Source: a virus. Taken from it: DNA of 64,000 nt. The stretch spans positions 132,878 through 196,877 of the IMG/VR virus record IMGVR_UViG_3300030419_007641. The stretch is one strand, 5' to 3'. Under the pieces are notes generated by a model. That model had not been told where the DNA came from. It saw nothing but the letters and a program-made list of their open reading frames with translations, and did not search any database. Position numbers and translations under genes: made by a program. This document shows positions 48,626 through 57,092 of this stretch, in pieces (within the stretch, counting starts at the first letter, position 1; each line of letters starts with the position of its first letter).

Positions 48626-49162
48626 TTATAAGTGTTCCTTAAGAAATTCCATCCAAGCATCAAAAGACGTCTTTCTTAATGTATCATAAGTTTTATCTAT
48701 ATTGAGGACATCACGCGTTCTTGCAGATTTTTCTACTATAATCTCACCTGCATCAACCTCTGCTACTACTTTATGAACCACACTACCAATTTTAGCGTAT
48801 GAAGCTATATTTTTCCATGCACGTTTTTGCGGATCTTTACCTTTTAACTCAGGATATTTTGTTATAAGTCCCGGGTGCCCATTGTATATATTATACATCT
48901 TGCACTTATCCGGGGGCACTATTCTTAACCACCCATTTAAGGTAATGAGAGTATCTTTTTTATCGAATTGTATATCCTCTAAGATATCCAATGTTTTTGC
49001 TTCATCATTATTAACCCTAAAATCTACTTCTATATTCGGATTAACCTTGTCCAAATTAGCATTGGTAATAACAAAATCCGGTTTTCTATTTAACTTTGTA
49101 GATAGGTCAACTATCTCAGATCCTGTTTGTGAAAACAAAGCTACCCAATTTTTATATCTCAT
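48626..49162 (-). CDS. PurN-like formyltransferase, probable preQ1 formyltransferase (DpdN-like)
   Basis: LFSQTGS, L.GWLRIVP, YNGHPG and H.V..EVDAG motifs; in the same gene run as queF. Confidence 0.8.
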   Translation of the reverse strand: MRYKNWVALFSQTGSEIVDLSTKLNRKPDFVITNANLDKVNPNIEVDFRVNNDEAKTLDILEDIQFDKKDTLITLNGWLRIVPPDKCKMYNIYNGHPGLITKYPELKGKDPQKRAWKNIASYAKIGSVVHKVVAEVDAGEIIVEKSARTRDVLNIDKTYDTLRKTSFDAWMEFLKEHL

Positions 49163-49542
49163 TATAGATATGTTAATGCCAACCAGTTAATAATCAAGTG
49201 TATGGTATTGTCGCATGCGATTAAAAGCCATGCAGACAAATATTCCGGTACTTCTTTATGATACCCGGTATCTTTGCAATCTTCCCATTTATGCCAATAG
49301 CGCTTAGGCCCTAGCCTACTTTTAGCAAATACAACATATCTTGCAAGCCGGTACCGATCAATAAAAAAATGAGTTATACAAATAACTAACAACGCCCATA
49401 CAGAGGGGCATAAAATTAAAAACGGGAGCGAATATGTAAGAGCGTGCGCGGCTGCAGCCTTATTACACTTGGTCTTATTTAGCGCCATCCAATCACTCTG
49501 GAAAAGGTAGTCACCAATCAAATGTAGAATTAATTGGAGCAT
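49162..49542 (-). CDS. DUF3307-family membrane protein
   Basis: HLIGDYLFQSDWMA.NK, H..TY, THF.ID and DNTIH motifs. Confidence 0.8.
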   Translation of the reverse strand: MLQLILHLIGDYLFQSDWMALNKTKCNKAAAAHALTYSLPFLILCPSVWALLVICITHFFIDRYRLARYVVFAKSRLGPKRYWHKWEDCKDTGYHKEVPEYLSAWLLIACDNTIHLIINWLALTYL

Positions 49543-49603
49543 ATTTATTATTATTATTTTATAGTGGGAAGCCGCTTTTTCAAGGTCTATTATAAATAAT
49601 ATT

Positions 49604-49885
49604 GTGGAAGATTTTTTAAAGGTGGTAACTGACGTTGGATTTCCGATTGCAGGCGCACTAGGGTGCGGTGCTTTTGTTTTTATTATTCTAAAATTTATAC
49701 TTAATGAAATTACTAGTGGGGTGAAAGGTATAGGAGGGATGATTAAATCCTTAGAAAATAGAGTACAGACAATGAATAATGATATTGTAAAGATAGATAC
49801 ATTAGTGTCTTATGCGTTTAACAAACAACCTAATTTGGATAGATTAGCTGCAAATGAAGGAAAGGAGGATGCCAGAAAGGACTAA
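49604..49885 (+). CDS. Small single-TM + coiled-coil protein (holin-like?)
   Basis: GFPIAGALGCGAFVFIILKFIL followed by a heptad region; TATAAATA upstream. Confidence 0.6.
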   Translation: MEDFLKVVTDVGFPIAGALGCGAFVFIILKFILNEITSGVKGIGGMIKSLENRVQTMNNDIVKIDTLVSYAFNKQPNLDRLAANEGKEDARKD

Positions 49886-50181
49886 TGAGCGAGGAAATAG
49901 TACAAGCTATTAATGATTTTGGATTTCCGGTGATTGCCGCTGCAGGACTTGGTTATTTTGTTTATTATACTTGGAATTGGGTAGTTAAAGATATTAAGCC
50001 GGTTTTAGATGAATCTACCGGTACGTTAATAGGATTAATAGATAGAATTAGAATGTTAGACAATGATATGATTAGGCTCAACACAAAGATACAGATGATC
50101 TTACAAGAACAAGAGCAACTATTGCGCACAGAAAGAAGACAGAATAGACGGAAAGAAAATGTTCTATCTGATGAGCTGTAG
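49885..50181 (+). CDS. Paralogous small TM + coiled-coil protein
   Basis: GFPVIAAAGLGYFVYY.W and RIRMLDNDMIRL, matching the upstream gene's pattern. Confidence 0.6.
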   Translation: MSEEIVQAINDFGFPVIAAAGLGYFVYYTWNWVVKDIKPVLDESTGTLIGLIDRIRMLDNDMIRLNTKIQMILQEQEQLLRTERRQNRRKENVLSDEL

Positions 50182-50211
50182 ATTATATATTAATAGGAGA
50201 TAAATACGGAC

Positions 50212-50673
50212 ATGAAATATATTTGGTTATTATTATTAATGAGTGGTAGTACCATGGCAAATGAATTAAAATTTAGGTTTAAGTCACCTTCGTTTAATGG
50301 TATTGGTTATAGCGCTCATAAAATAAATCTAGAAAATATTTCCGCCGCTAGGAAAAAGACTATAAAAGATGAACTAAAGTCTTTATCAATCCAAGCTAAT
50401 TTAGCTAACAGTAGGAAGCCGTTAAATGTATTCTTAACAAATCTCCAATCTAGAATTTATTCTGAACTCTCAAAACAAGTTACTGAGCAGCTTTTTGCTG
50501 AAACTGGTAATGATTCGGGTTCATTTGATTTAGATGGTAATATCATATCCTGGTATAAATTAGCTGATAAAATTAATTTAACAGTTACAGATACTGATGG
50601 AGATCTTACAACTATACTAATACCTGTAGGATCTCTTTTATTACCGGAACCTAATGAAGCCACTACTGAATAG
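50212..50673 (+). CDS. csgF: Curli assembly protein CsgF-like
   Basis: Signal peptide; ELKFRFKSPSF.G, LQSRIYSELS..LF and GSF.LDG motifs. Confidence 0.85.
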   Translation: MKYIWLLLLMSGSTMANELKFRFKSPSFNGIGYSAHKINLENISAARKKTIKDELKSLSIQANLANSRKPLNVFLTNLQSRIYSELSKQVTEQLFAETGNDSGSFDLDGNIISWYKLADKINLTVTDTDGDLTTILIPVGSLLLPEPNEATTE

Positions 50674-51466
50674 CCTTTTAGCCTCGACGTTACTATTTTC
50701 CGGTTGCACAGCCTTTCAAGGTGCAAAACAACCGCCATTTATCGCACCGGCACCATTAACGGAACGACTAAATAGTCTACCGGAACTAGATGGTGAACCA
50801 ATTTATTTAGGTGTTTCTAATTTTAAAGATTTAACTGGTCAAAGAAAACAGTCTGATAATTATGCTAGCTTTTCTGCTGCTGTAACTCAAGGAGCTGAAG
50901 CATGGTTAATTGAATCACTGTTAGAATCAAACGGGTGGTTTAAGGTACTAGAAAGAGGCCAACTTGATAGTATTATGCGTGAGCGCGCAGTAGTACAACA
51001 AACGCGACAAGATTTTACAGATGACGATGACACAGGGTTAAAGCCTATGCTATTTGCAGGGCTTCTGGTACATGGAGGTATTATTTCATATGATACTAAT
51101 ACTGTATCCGGGGGTATAGGTGCCGCGTATCTGGGTATTGGTGCACATGAGCAACATAGAAAGGACGTTGTAACAGTTTCTATAAGACTGGTAAGTACAT
51201 TAACTAGTGAAATTCTTTTATCATCTACAGTCTCAAAAACTATATATTCCACAGCGCTGGGCAGTGACATGTTTAAGTATGTCAAAGATGCATTAAACCC
51301 ACTAGAAATAGAAATAGGGTTTGCTAAAAATGAATTAGTTTCAGTAGCTACCAGAGCAGCCATCGATTTAGCAATATTAAATTTAATTAATAAGGGCGAA
51401 GAAAAGAAGATGTGGAAATTTAAGGAGCCTGAAATTACCGAAGAGCCTATAGAGGAAACAGAATAA
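50654..51466 (+). CDS. csgG: Curli secretion channel CsgG lipoprotein
   Basis: Lipobox LFSG-C; FKDLTGQRK, AVTQGA, WF.VLER and GGIISYDTN motifs. Confidence 0.92.
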   Translation: MKPLLNSLLASTLLFSGCTAFQGAKQPPFIAPAPLTERLNSLPELDGEPIYLGVSNFKDLTGQRKQSDNYASFSAAVTQGAEAWLIESLLESNGWFKVLERGQLDSIMRERAVVQQTRQDFTDDDDTGLKPMLFAGLLVHGGIISYDTNTVSGGIGAAYLGIGAHEQHRKDVVTVSIRLVSTLTSEILLSSTVSKTIYSTALGSDMFKYVKDALNPLEIEIGFAKNELVSVATRAAIDLAILNLINKGEEKKMWKFKEPEITEEPIEETE

Positions 51467-51493
51467 AGAGTATTTTTTTGACTAAATACTTGT

Positions 51494-52285
51494 ATGAAAT
51501 TTAAATCTCTTTTAACTGCTTTATGTTTATATGCTGGCAGTGCGCTCTTTGCTAGTAACGAAATTTACTTAGATCAAATTGGTAGTTCGGGTATTTTTAA
51601 CATATCTCAAATTGGTTCATCAAATAAATTAGGCGAAGGTACAAATCGATCAAGAATTGAAGGTGAAGAAGTTGTATTTAATGTAGCTACAATTGGTAAT
51701 GAAAATCTTATCGATATCGATTCAATTGGTAATGAGGAACTAGTAAATTTAAATCTTGAAGGTGACGCAAATGAGTTAATTCTCGCGATAGAGGGTGATA
51801 AAAATGAAGTAAACGCATTCATTGCTGGTGACTCTAACAATGTATTAATCGCAGGCAATGAAGATGATACACACAAAGCTACAGTTCATAATGGTTTAAT
51901 TAACCTAAACATCGAAGGAGCGTCTAATGATGTTGATTTATTATTATTTGATACATCATATACCTTTACCGATTATCATATTGCCGGATCATTAAATGAT
52001 GTTAGTAGTTATCAAGAAGGTCACGGAGGTCTAATTGGACATTCACAGCTAGTTGATATTTTTGGTAGTAGTAATAACTTATTGGTATCACAAGTAGGCT
52101 CTGAAAGTCAGTTTATTGAGCTCTCTATTCTAGGAAATGAAAATAACTACCAAATATTCCAAACAGATGGTGCGTTTGATCCGACATTTATGCCCGAGCA
52201 AACTGACAATAATGTCATTCCGTTTAATGAATTTAGCAACCCAGATGGTCCTCCGCAAGCCGGTGGTCAAGGCGGTAACGAGTAG
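51494..52285 (+). CDS. Curlin-like secreted beta-solenoid repeat protein
   Basis: Signal peptide; ~11-aa repeats x-h-x-h-x-(Q/I)-x-G-x-x-N (IYLDQIGSSG, FNISQIGSSN, VNLNLEGDAN and others). Confidence 0.75.
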   Translation: MKFKSLLTALCLYAGSALFASNEIYLDQIGSSGIFNISQIGSSNKLGEGTNRSRIEGEEVVFNVATIGNENLIDIDSIGNEELVNLNLEGDANELILAIEGDKNEVNAFIAGDSNNVLIAGNEDDTHKATVHNGLINLNIEGASNDVDLLLFDTSYTFTDYHIAGSLNDVSSYQEGHGGLIGHSQLVDIFGSSNNLLVSQVGSESQFIELSILGNENNYQIFQTDGAFDPTFMPEQTDNNVIPFNEFSNPDGPPQAGGQGGNE

Positions 52286-53174
52286 TTTATTATTCTTACT
52301 ATTTCTAACACCTGCTTTTGGTGAAATAGGTAATATCACCTCTCAAACTAGAGCTGCGCAAATCACTAGAAAGGGCGATAAAATATTAACTGAAGTTAAT
52401 ACGCCTGTGGAGATGCGCGACTTAATTCAAACTCTTAAAGGTAGGGCTAATATTAAATTTGTTGATGATACTAAAGTAAGTGTCACAGAATACTCAAAGT
52501 TATTAATAGATGAATTTGTTTATAATCCGGAAAAGAAGACCGGTAAACTTTCCCTTAAAGCCGCTTTAGGTACTATTAGATATTCTTCTGGTAAGATCGC
52601 AAAAAATTCTAGACAAAATGTAAAAATTAAATCGCCTACTGCTTCTGTATCTGTCAGAGGCACAGATTTTACTATGAATGTGCAAGAAGATGGTGCTACT
52701 AGTTTTTTACTTCTCCCTTCTACAGATACAGATGGAAGCTCATACGTCGGGTCTATAGATGTTTCTACACTGGGTGGTACAGTTACTTTAGATCAAGCAT
52801 ATGAAGCAACTACAGTAACAACAGCAATTGCACCGCCATCGCCTCCGCAGGTTATACAGGAAGATGGAGCAGTAAATGGTAAAAAACAAGACGTGAAAAA
52901 GGATAATAACGAAGATAAAAAGCCTACAGATGAAAAAGAGGAGGATAAATTCGACGAAATTAAAATAAAGAAAAAAGAAACACAGATTATGAACACATTT
53001 TTAAAAATGAATGATGGTCGATATGTTTTCTTTTCTAAAGATAAAGACAATATGATTTCTCTCATAGTTGAGGATGGGAGCAATGTAACAGTAAATTATG
53101 ATAACAGGGGCAGCATTATTAACGCAAAATTTAACTCAGGTAATAATGTTTTATTTAACATTAAGCAACAATGA
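52245..53174 (+). CDS. FecR-domain secreted protein
   Basis: Signal peptide from the ATG at 52245; I.F.DDT.V.V.E.S.L.IDEFVY and PTASVSVRGTDF motifs. Confidence 0.8.
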   Translation: MVLRKPVVKAVTSSLLFLLFLTPAFGEIGNITSQTRAAQITRKGDKILTEVNTPVEMRDLIQTLKGRANIKFVDDTKVSVTEYSKLLIDEFVYNPEKKTGKLSLKAALGTIRYSSGKIAKNSRQNVKIKSPTASVSVRGTDFTMNVQEDGATSFLLLPSTDTDGSSYVGSIDVSTLGGTVTLDQAYEATTVTTAIAPPSPPQVIQEDGAVNGKKQDVKKDNNEDKKPTDEKEEDKFDEIKIKKKETQIMNTFLKMNDGRYVFFSKDKDNMISLIVEDGSNVTVNYDNRGSIINAKFNSGNNVLFNIKQQ

Positions 53175-55210
53175 AAACGTTTAATATTAAAAACTATATT
53201 ATATGCATATTTTTTACTATGCTATTGGTTACATTAAGAATGGTTGACCCTTTCTTTATCGAAACATTAAGATTAAAAGGTATAGATTATTATCAAACAA
53301 AACAAGAAAAGGTATTATCAGAAAATATTTCTATTATAGAAATAGATGAAGCAAGTCTAGATAAAAATGGGCAATGGCCATGGAGTAGAGAAATAATAGC
53401 TAAAGGTGTTGAAAAGGCCTTTGCTAATGAAGCGCAATTAGTAGTTATTCCAATACTATTTGCTGAAAAAGATCGTTTGGGTGGCGATGAATATTTTACT
53501 AATGTACTAAGTGAGGCACCGGTTATTATAGGGCAGTCAGCTAGTATAAAGGGTAAGGGAAAGCCTGTCCCTAGGGGACTTGCTAATATAGGAGAAAGTT
53601 TAGATGGGTGGCTATATGATTATCCGGAGGCAATTGGACCTGTAAAAGAACTAGGGGAGCATGCTGCCGGTGTTGGTATGATATTAACGGCGCCGGAATT
53701 AGATGGTGTTGTAAGAAGACTGCCTCTAATAGTACATGTACAAGGAGAAGCCTACCCAACAATACCTTTAGAAGTAATAAGGCTATTTGCTGGCGAGCAA
53801 TCCTATCAGGCTAAAGTTGGTCTGGGTGGTGTAGAGGCTGTTAGAGTGCCTGGATTTGATCCTATTATTACAGATGCAAACTCTAGAGTGTGGTTAAACT
53901 ACAAATACGAATTTGATAAAGTATCATTTGCAGATGAAGATTGGTCAGCTGTAAGAGGTAAAATTGCCGTAATAGCATTAACAGGTGAAGGGCTTGCTAA
54001 TACAATTGCTACTTCAACTGGTGTAAAATATGGGCACGAAGTAACTAGTTCAGCGTTGCAAATGTTAATTGACGAATCTAGATTACAAAGACCTGTTGAA
54101 TCAACAGTATATGAAATATTAATAACAGCAGCATTTTGCTCTTTGCTTATTATAGGAGCTTTATGGTTATCGTACATAGCCAGCTTAGCTATAATCTCTG
54201 TTTCATTGTTTGCTGGGCCTTATATTGGTAACTGGTTGTTTAATAGTAATGGGTGGTTAATTGATTATACTTGGCCAGCTGCTTGTATTTTTATAACCTG
54301 GTCTGTGGCTACATTTATAAGATTTGTAACTGAAAGTAAATCAAAGCAACAAATTAAGAAACAATTTGAACATTATCTTGCTCCGCCTATAGTTAAGCTA
54401 TTGCAAAAAGATCCATCGTTGCTCAGACTAGGTGGAGAAACAAGAGAGCTATCTATACTGTTTAGCGATCTAAGAGGGTTTACAACAATAAGCGAACACT
54501 TTAAAGCAAACCCTCAAGGGCTTACAGAATTAGTTAACAAGTACCTAACTCCTATGACAGGATGTGTAATACAGCATAATGGTACAGTAGATAAATTTAT
54601 TGGTGACGCATTAATGGCATTCTGGAATGCTCCTCTTGATGTTGAGGATCACAAAGTACATTGTATTAATTGCGGGTTAGAAATGTTTGATTTATTAAAA
54701 AAGCTTAATAAAGAGATAAAGGATCAAGAACTACCAGAGCTGAAAATTGGAGTAGGTATTAATTCCGGAGATGTAGTTGTAGGTAACATGGGATCAGAGC
54801 AAAGATTTGACTATACATGTTTAGGTGATGCAGTAAATCTTTCCTCGAGGCTAGAGGGCCAGACTAAGGAATATGGAGTAGGTCTTATCGCAGGCCAAGG
54901 AACAGTACAAGGAATAGAAGATAAATTTAATTTTATTGAATTAGATATGATAGCAGTTAAAGGTAAAAAGGAAGGCGTGAGGATATTTACTGTACTAGAA
55001 GATGGTATAGACGTAGCACATCATAATAAATTTTTGGAGTTTTATCGGACCCGTAATTGGTCAGGCGCATTAAACTTATTGGAATTAAACATTATGACAT
55101 ATCCTAATCTCGAAACATATTATAGTATGATGAGAGAAAGGATATATCTCCTAGAAAAGTCTAATTTAGATAGCGACTGGGATACAATTTATAGAGCTAC
55201 TTCGAAGTAA
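53171..55210 (+). CDS. CHASE2-domain membrane adenylate cyclase (class III)
   Basis: IDEASL...GQWPWSR (CHASE2); TM helices; FSDLRGFT, DKFIGDA and GNMGSEQRFDYT.LGD.VN.SSRLEG; the Lys/Asp pair implies ATP specificity. Confidence 0.92.
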   Translation: MKTFNIKNYIICIFFTMLLVTLRMVDPFFIETLRLKGIDYYQTKQEKVLSENISIIEIDEASLDKNGQWPWSREIIAKGVEKAFANEAQLVVIPILFAEKDRLGGDEYFTNVLSEAPVIIGQSASIKGKGKPVPRGLANIGESLDGWLYDYPEAIGPVKELGEHAAGVGMILTAPELDGVVRRLPLIVHVQGEAYPTIPLEVIRLFAGEQSYQAKVGLGGVEAVRVPGFDPIITDANSRVWLNYKYEFDKVSFADEDWSAVRGKIAVIALTGEGLANTIATSTGVKYGHEVTSSALQMLIDESRLQRPVESTVYEILITAAFCSLLIIGALWLSYIASLAIISVSLFAGPYIGNWLFNSNGWLIDYTWPAACIFITWSVATFIRFVTESKSKQQIKKQFEHYLAPPIVKLLQKDPSLLRLGGETRELSILFSDLRGFTTISEHFKANPQGLTELVNKYLTPMTGCVIQHNGTVDKFIGDALMAFWNAPLDVEDHKVHCINCGLEMFDLLKKLNKEIKDQELPELKIGVGINSGDVVVGNMGSEQRFDYTCLGDAVNLSSRLEGQTKEYGVGLIAGQGTVQGIEDKFNFIELDMIAVKGKKEGVRIFTVLEDGIDVAHHNKFLEFYRTRNWSGALNLLELNIMTYPNLETYYSMMRERIYLLEKSNLDSDWDTIYRATSK

Positions 55211-55367
55211 AAAAGCTTACTGCTGCCCAAGCAGGTGCAACTGCTACACCTATACCTAGTAACCATACTAGCATATAGAGTAAAAATCTTAAAATAAAGT
55301 TACTAACTAAAGGAAAAAATTCTTTATCATTAGCGCGAATAATTATTTCCTGGTGTTCGCTGTTCAC
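55197..55367 (-). CDS. Small single-TM late protein, 56 aa, not in the ORF track
   Basis: GTG start; MNSEHQEIIIRANDKEFFPLVSNFILRFLLYMLVWLLGIGVAVAPAWAAVSFFTSK; TAAATA 5-6 nt upstream. Confidence 0.55.
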   Translation of the reverse strand: MNSEHQEIIIRANDKEFFPLVSNFILRFLLYMLVWLLGIGVAVAPAWAAVSFFTSK

Positions 55368-55379
55368 TTAATATATTTA

Positions 55380-56186
55380 TTAAGAAATAAGATTTTTGAA
55401 CTCTTTTACATTATGAACAATGTCCGTTACTTGATCAGCTGTTACGGAATGATCAATTAAGTCAGCTAACATAATATCTGGCTTTTCCAATAGCCCAATA
55501 TTTTTATAGTACCTCAACCCTTTAATACCGGCAACAATAGGATTTGAAGTATCTAAAGATCTAATATTTTTTATATCTTTATAATTTTTAAATTCTTTAG
55601 CTAGAGAACATCCTAATAAGTGGTGCGGCTTATTGTGATTCCAATGACCATCACTAATTAATTTTCTAATAAAAAATTCTCTACCGTTACACATTCTTTC
55701 TAAAGTAGCTCTTCGAAGACCTTTACCTGGATTTTTCGAATAACCTACTGTCTGATACCATGAATAATCAAATGAAATAGCTATATAATCTGCGAAATCG
55801 CTCATATATTTGTAACAATCTACTAATTGTTGATACGTACCACCCTGTACAACCCCAATTCTCAGACCAGGTAATTTCATATAGTCCCTTTTAAAATTAT
55901 TAAAAGCGCCTATTGTTCGTAGAGACTGCTCTAATACGTCTGGTACAACATAATAAGTTGGTTTAAGTTCTTCTATATACTTAGCAAATTTTTCAGAATC
56001 AAACGCTGTTTTTAATTCAAAGATAGAATTATCTAAAAGTACCTCTCTTCCCATACCTAAAGAACACTTAAAAAATGAATAATACTCTGGATGTGTTTCG
56101 AATAAATGAACTAGTGCATAATCATAGTCATTATATTCTCGTGATTCTTCTAAAAAACTAATAGGCGTTTCATGACTTACTAACAT
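55380..56186 (-). CDS. TGT-fold transglycosylase, DpdA-like (7-deazaguanine insertion)
   Basis: LLDNS (TGT DSG equivalent), VVPDV, GVVQG, HHLLG and SLDTS (nucleophile Asp equivalent); no C-terminal Zn site. Confidence 0.6.
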   Translation of the reverse strand: MLVSHETPISFLEESREYNDYDYALVHLFETHPEYYSFFKCSLGMGREVLLDNSIFELKTAFDSEKFAKYIEELKPTYYVVPDVLEQSLRTIGAFNNFKRDYMKLPGLRIGVVQGGTYQQLVDCYKYMSDFADYIAISFDYSWYQTVGYSKNPGKGLRRATLERMCNGREFFIRKLISDGHWNHNKPHHLLGCSLAKEFKNYKDIKNIRSLDTSNPIVAGIKGLRYYKNIGLLEKPDIMLADLIDHSVTADQVTDIVHNVKEFKNLIS

Positions 56187-56192
56187 ACATGT

Positions 56193-56220
56193 ATTATAAG
56201 GTCTTGAGTTAAAGATTCAA
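56193..56220 (-). promoter_or_regulatory. sigma70-like early promoter TTGAAT-N16-TATAAT
   Basis: ATTATA at 56193-56198 and ATTCAA at 56215-56220; ATG 6 nt downstream. Confidence 0.65.
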
Positions 56221-56236
56221 TGATTAAATAATAGTA

Positions 56237-57055
56237 GTGTTCGTAAGAGGTGCAGATACGGGAATTGAATATAAGAGGAGTGATCATTCCTTTTTTAGGG
56301 GAATAGTAGTTAAAAACTGGGACCCTAGAAAACTCTATAGAATTAAAATTTATATTCCGGAAGTATCTAACCAGCCACTAGAAGATTGGTTACAAGCTTA
56401 CAAAAACCTAGATTTCCGTTTTCCTGGGACCAACAATAAACAAGATGTTTGGAGCGATGTAGATATTTTTGAAAAAATTGCTGAATTTTTACCCTATGCG
56501 GAGCCCTGTTTTCCATTAATTGGTGAAAATTCCCCGGGAAGATATCAATGCCCCACAGGTACAGCTGTTATTACTGATAGTGACTATCAAGATGGATTTA
56601 CTACCAACGATGAAGACCCACCGTCCATAGAAAAAGGTTCTTTTGGCCCATCTTTTTGGTATGAAAATTTTTCTACCAATATGGGTGACTCATTTCAGTC
56701 TCCAACGGGCGGTGCAGGGAGCAGTGGTAATTATACAGCAAAAAACAATCCATATAGTTTTCAATTTAGACCATCTAATCAAGTAAATAAACCTAAAGGC
56801 GTTTTTTCTGTCCCTTCTGTAGGAAGCCAGGTATGGGTATTTCACTATAGGGGTGATCTTAACTTTCCTGTCTATATTGGAGGTAGACATGATTTTAGAG
56901 GTAACTGTCTTATTACTGATTCTGACGCATCACAAACACAAGAGGCCGGTGGAGAAGGAGTCCAAGCGCCCTTCGGCCCTGAAGGACCGCAAAGCTTGGA
57001 TTACCCCGGAGTTTTCGAAAACTTTAAAACTGAGACTAGCCCAGGGTACGAGTAA
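56237..57055 (+). CDS. Baseplate hub gp5/VgrG N-terminal OB-fold protein
   Basis: RGIVVKNWDP...RIKIYIP and VPSVGSQVWVF..GD.NFPVYIG motifs. Confidence 0.75.
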   Translation: MFVRGADTGIEYKRSDHSFFRGIVVKNWDPRKLYRIKIYIPEVSNQPLEDWLQAYKNLDFRFPGTNNKQDVWSDVDIFEKIAEFLPYAEPCFPLIGENSPGRYQCPTGTAVITDSDYQDGFTTNDEDPPSIEKGSFGPSFWYENFSTNMGDSFQSPTGGAGSSGNYTAKNNPYSFQFRPSNQVNKPKGVFSVPSVGSQVWVFHYRGDLNFPVYIGGRHDFRGNCLITDSDASQTQEAGGEGVQAPFGPEGPQSLDYPGVFENFKTETSPGYE

Positions 57056-57092
57056 CGTAGCAACCTAATACTTAACAAATAAATATTTAAAA

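Noticed and set aside
48626-49162. Ordinary purN auxiliary metabolic gene
   Set aside because: Not excluded, but the divergent motif (NGHPG) and linkage to queF favour a preQ1 formyltransferase; no other pur genes are in the window
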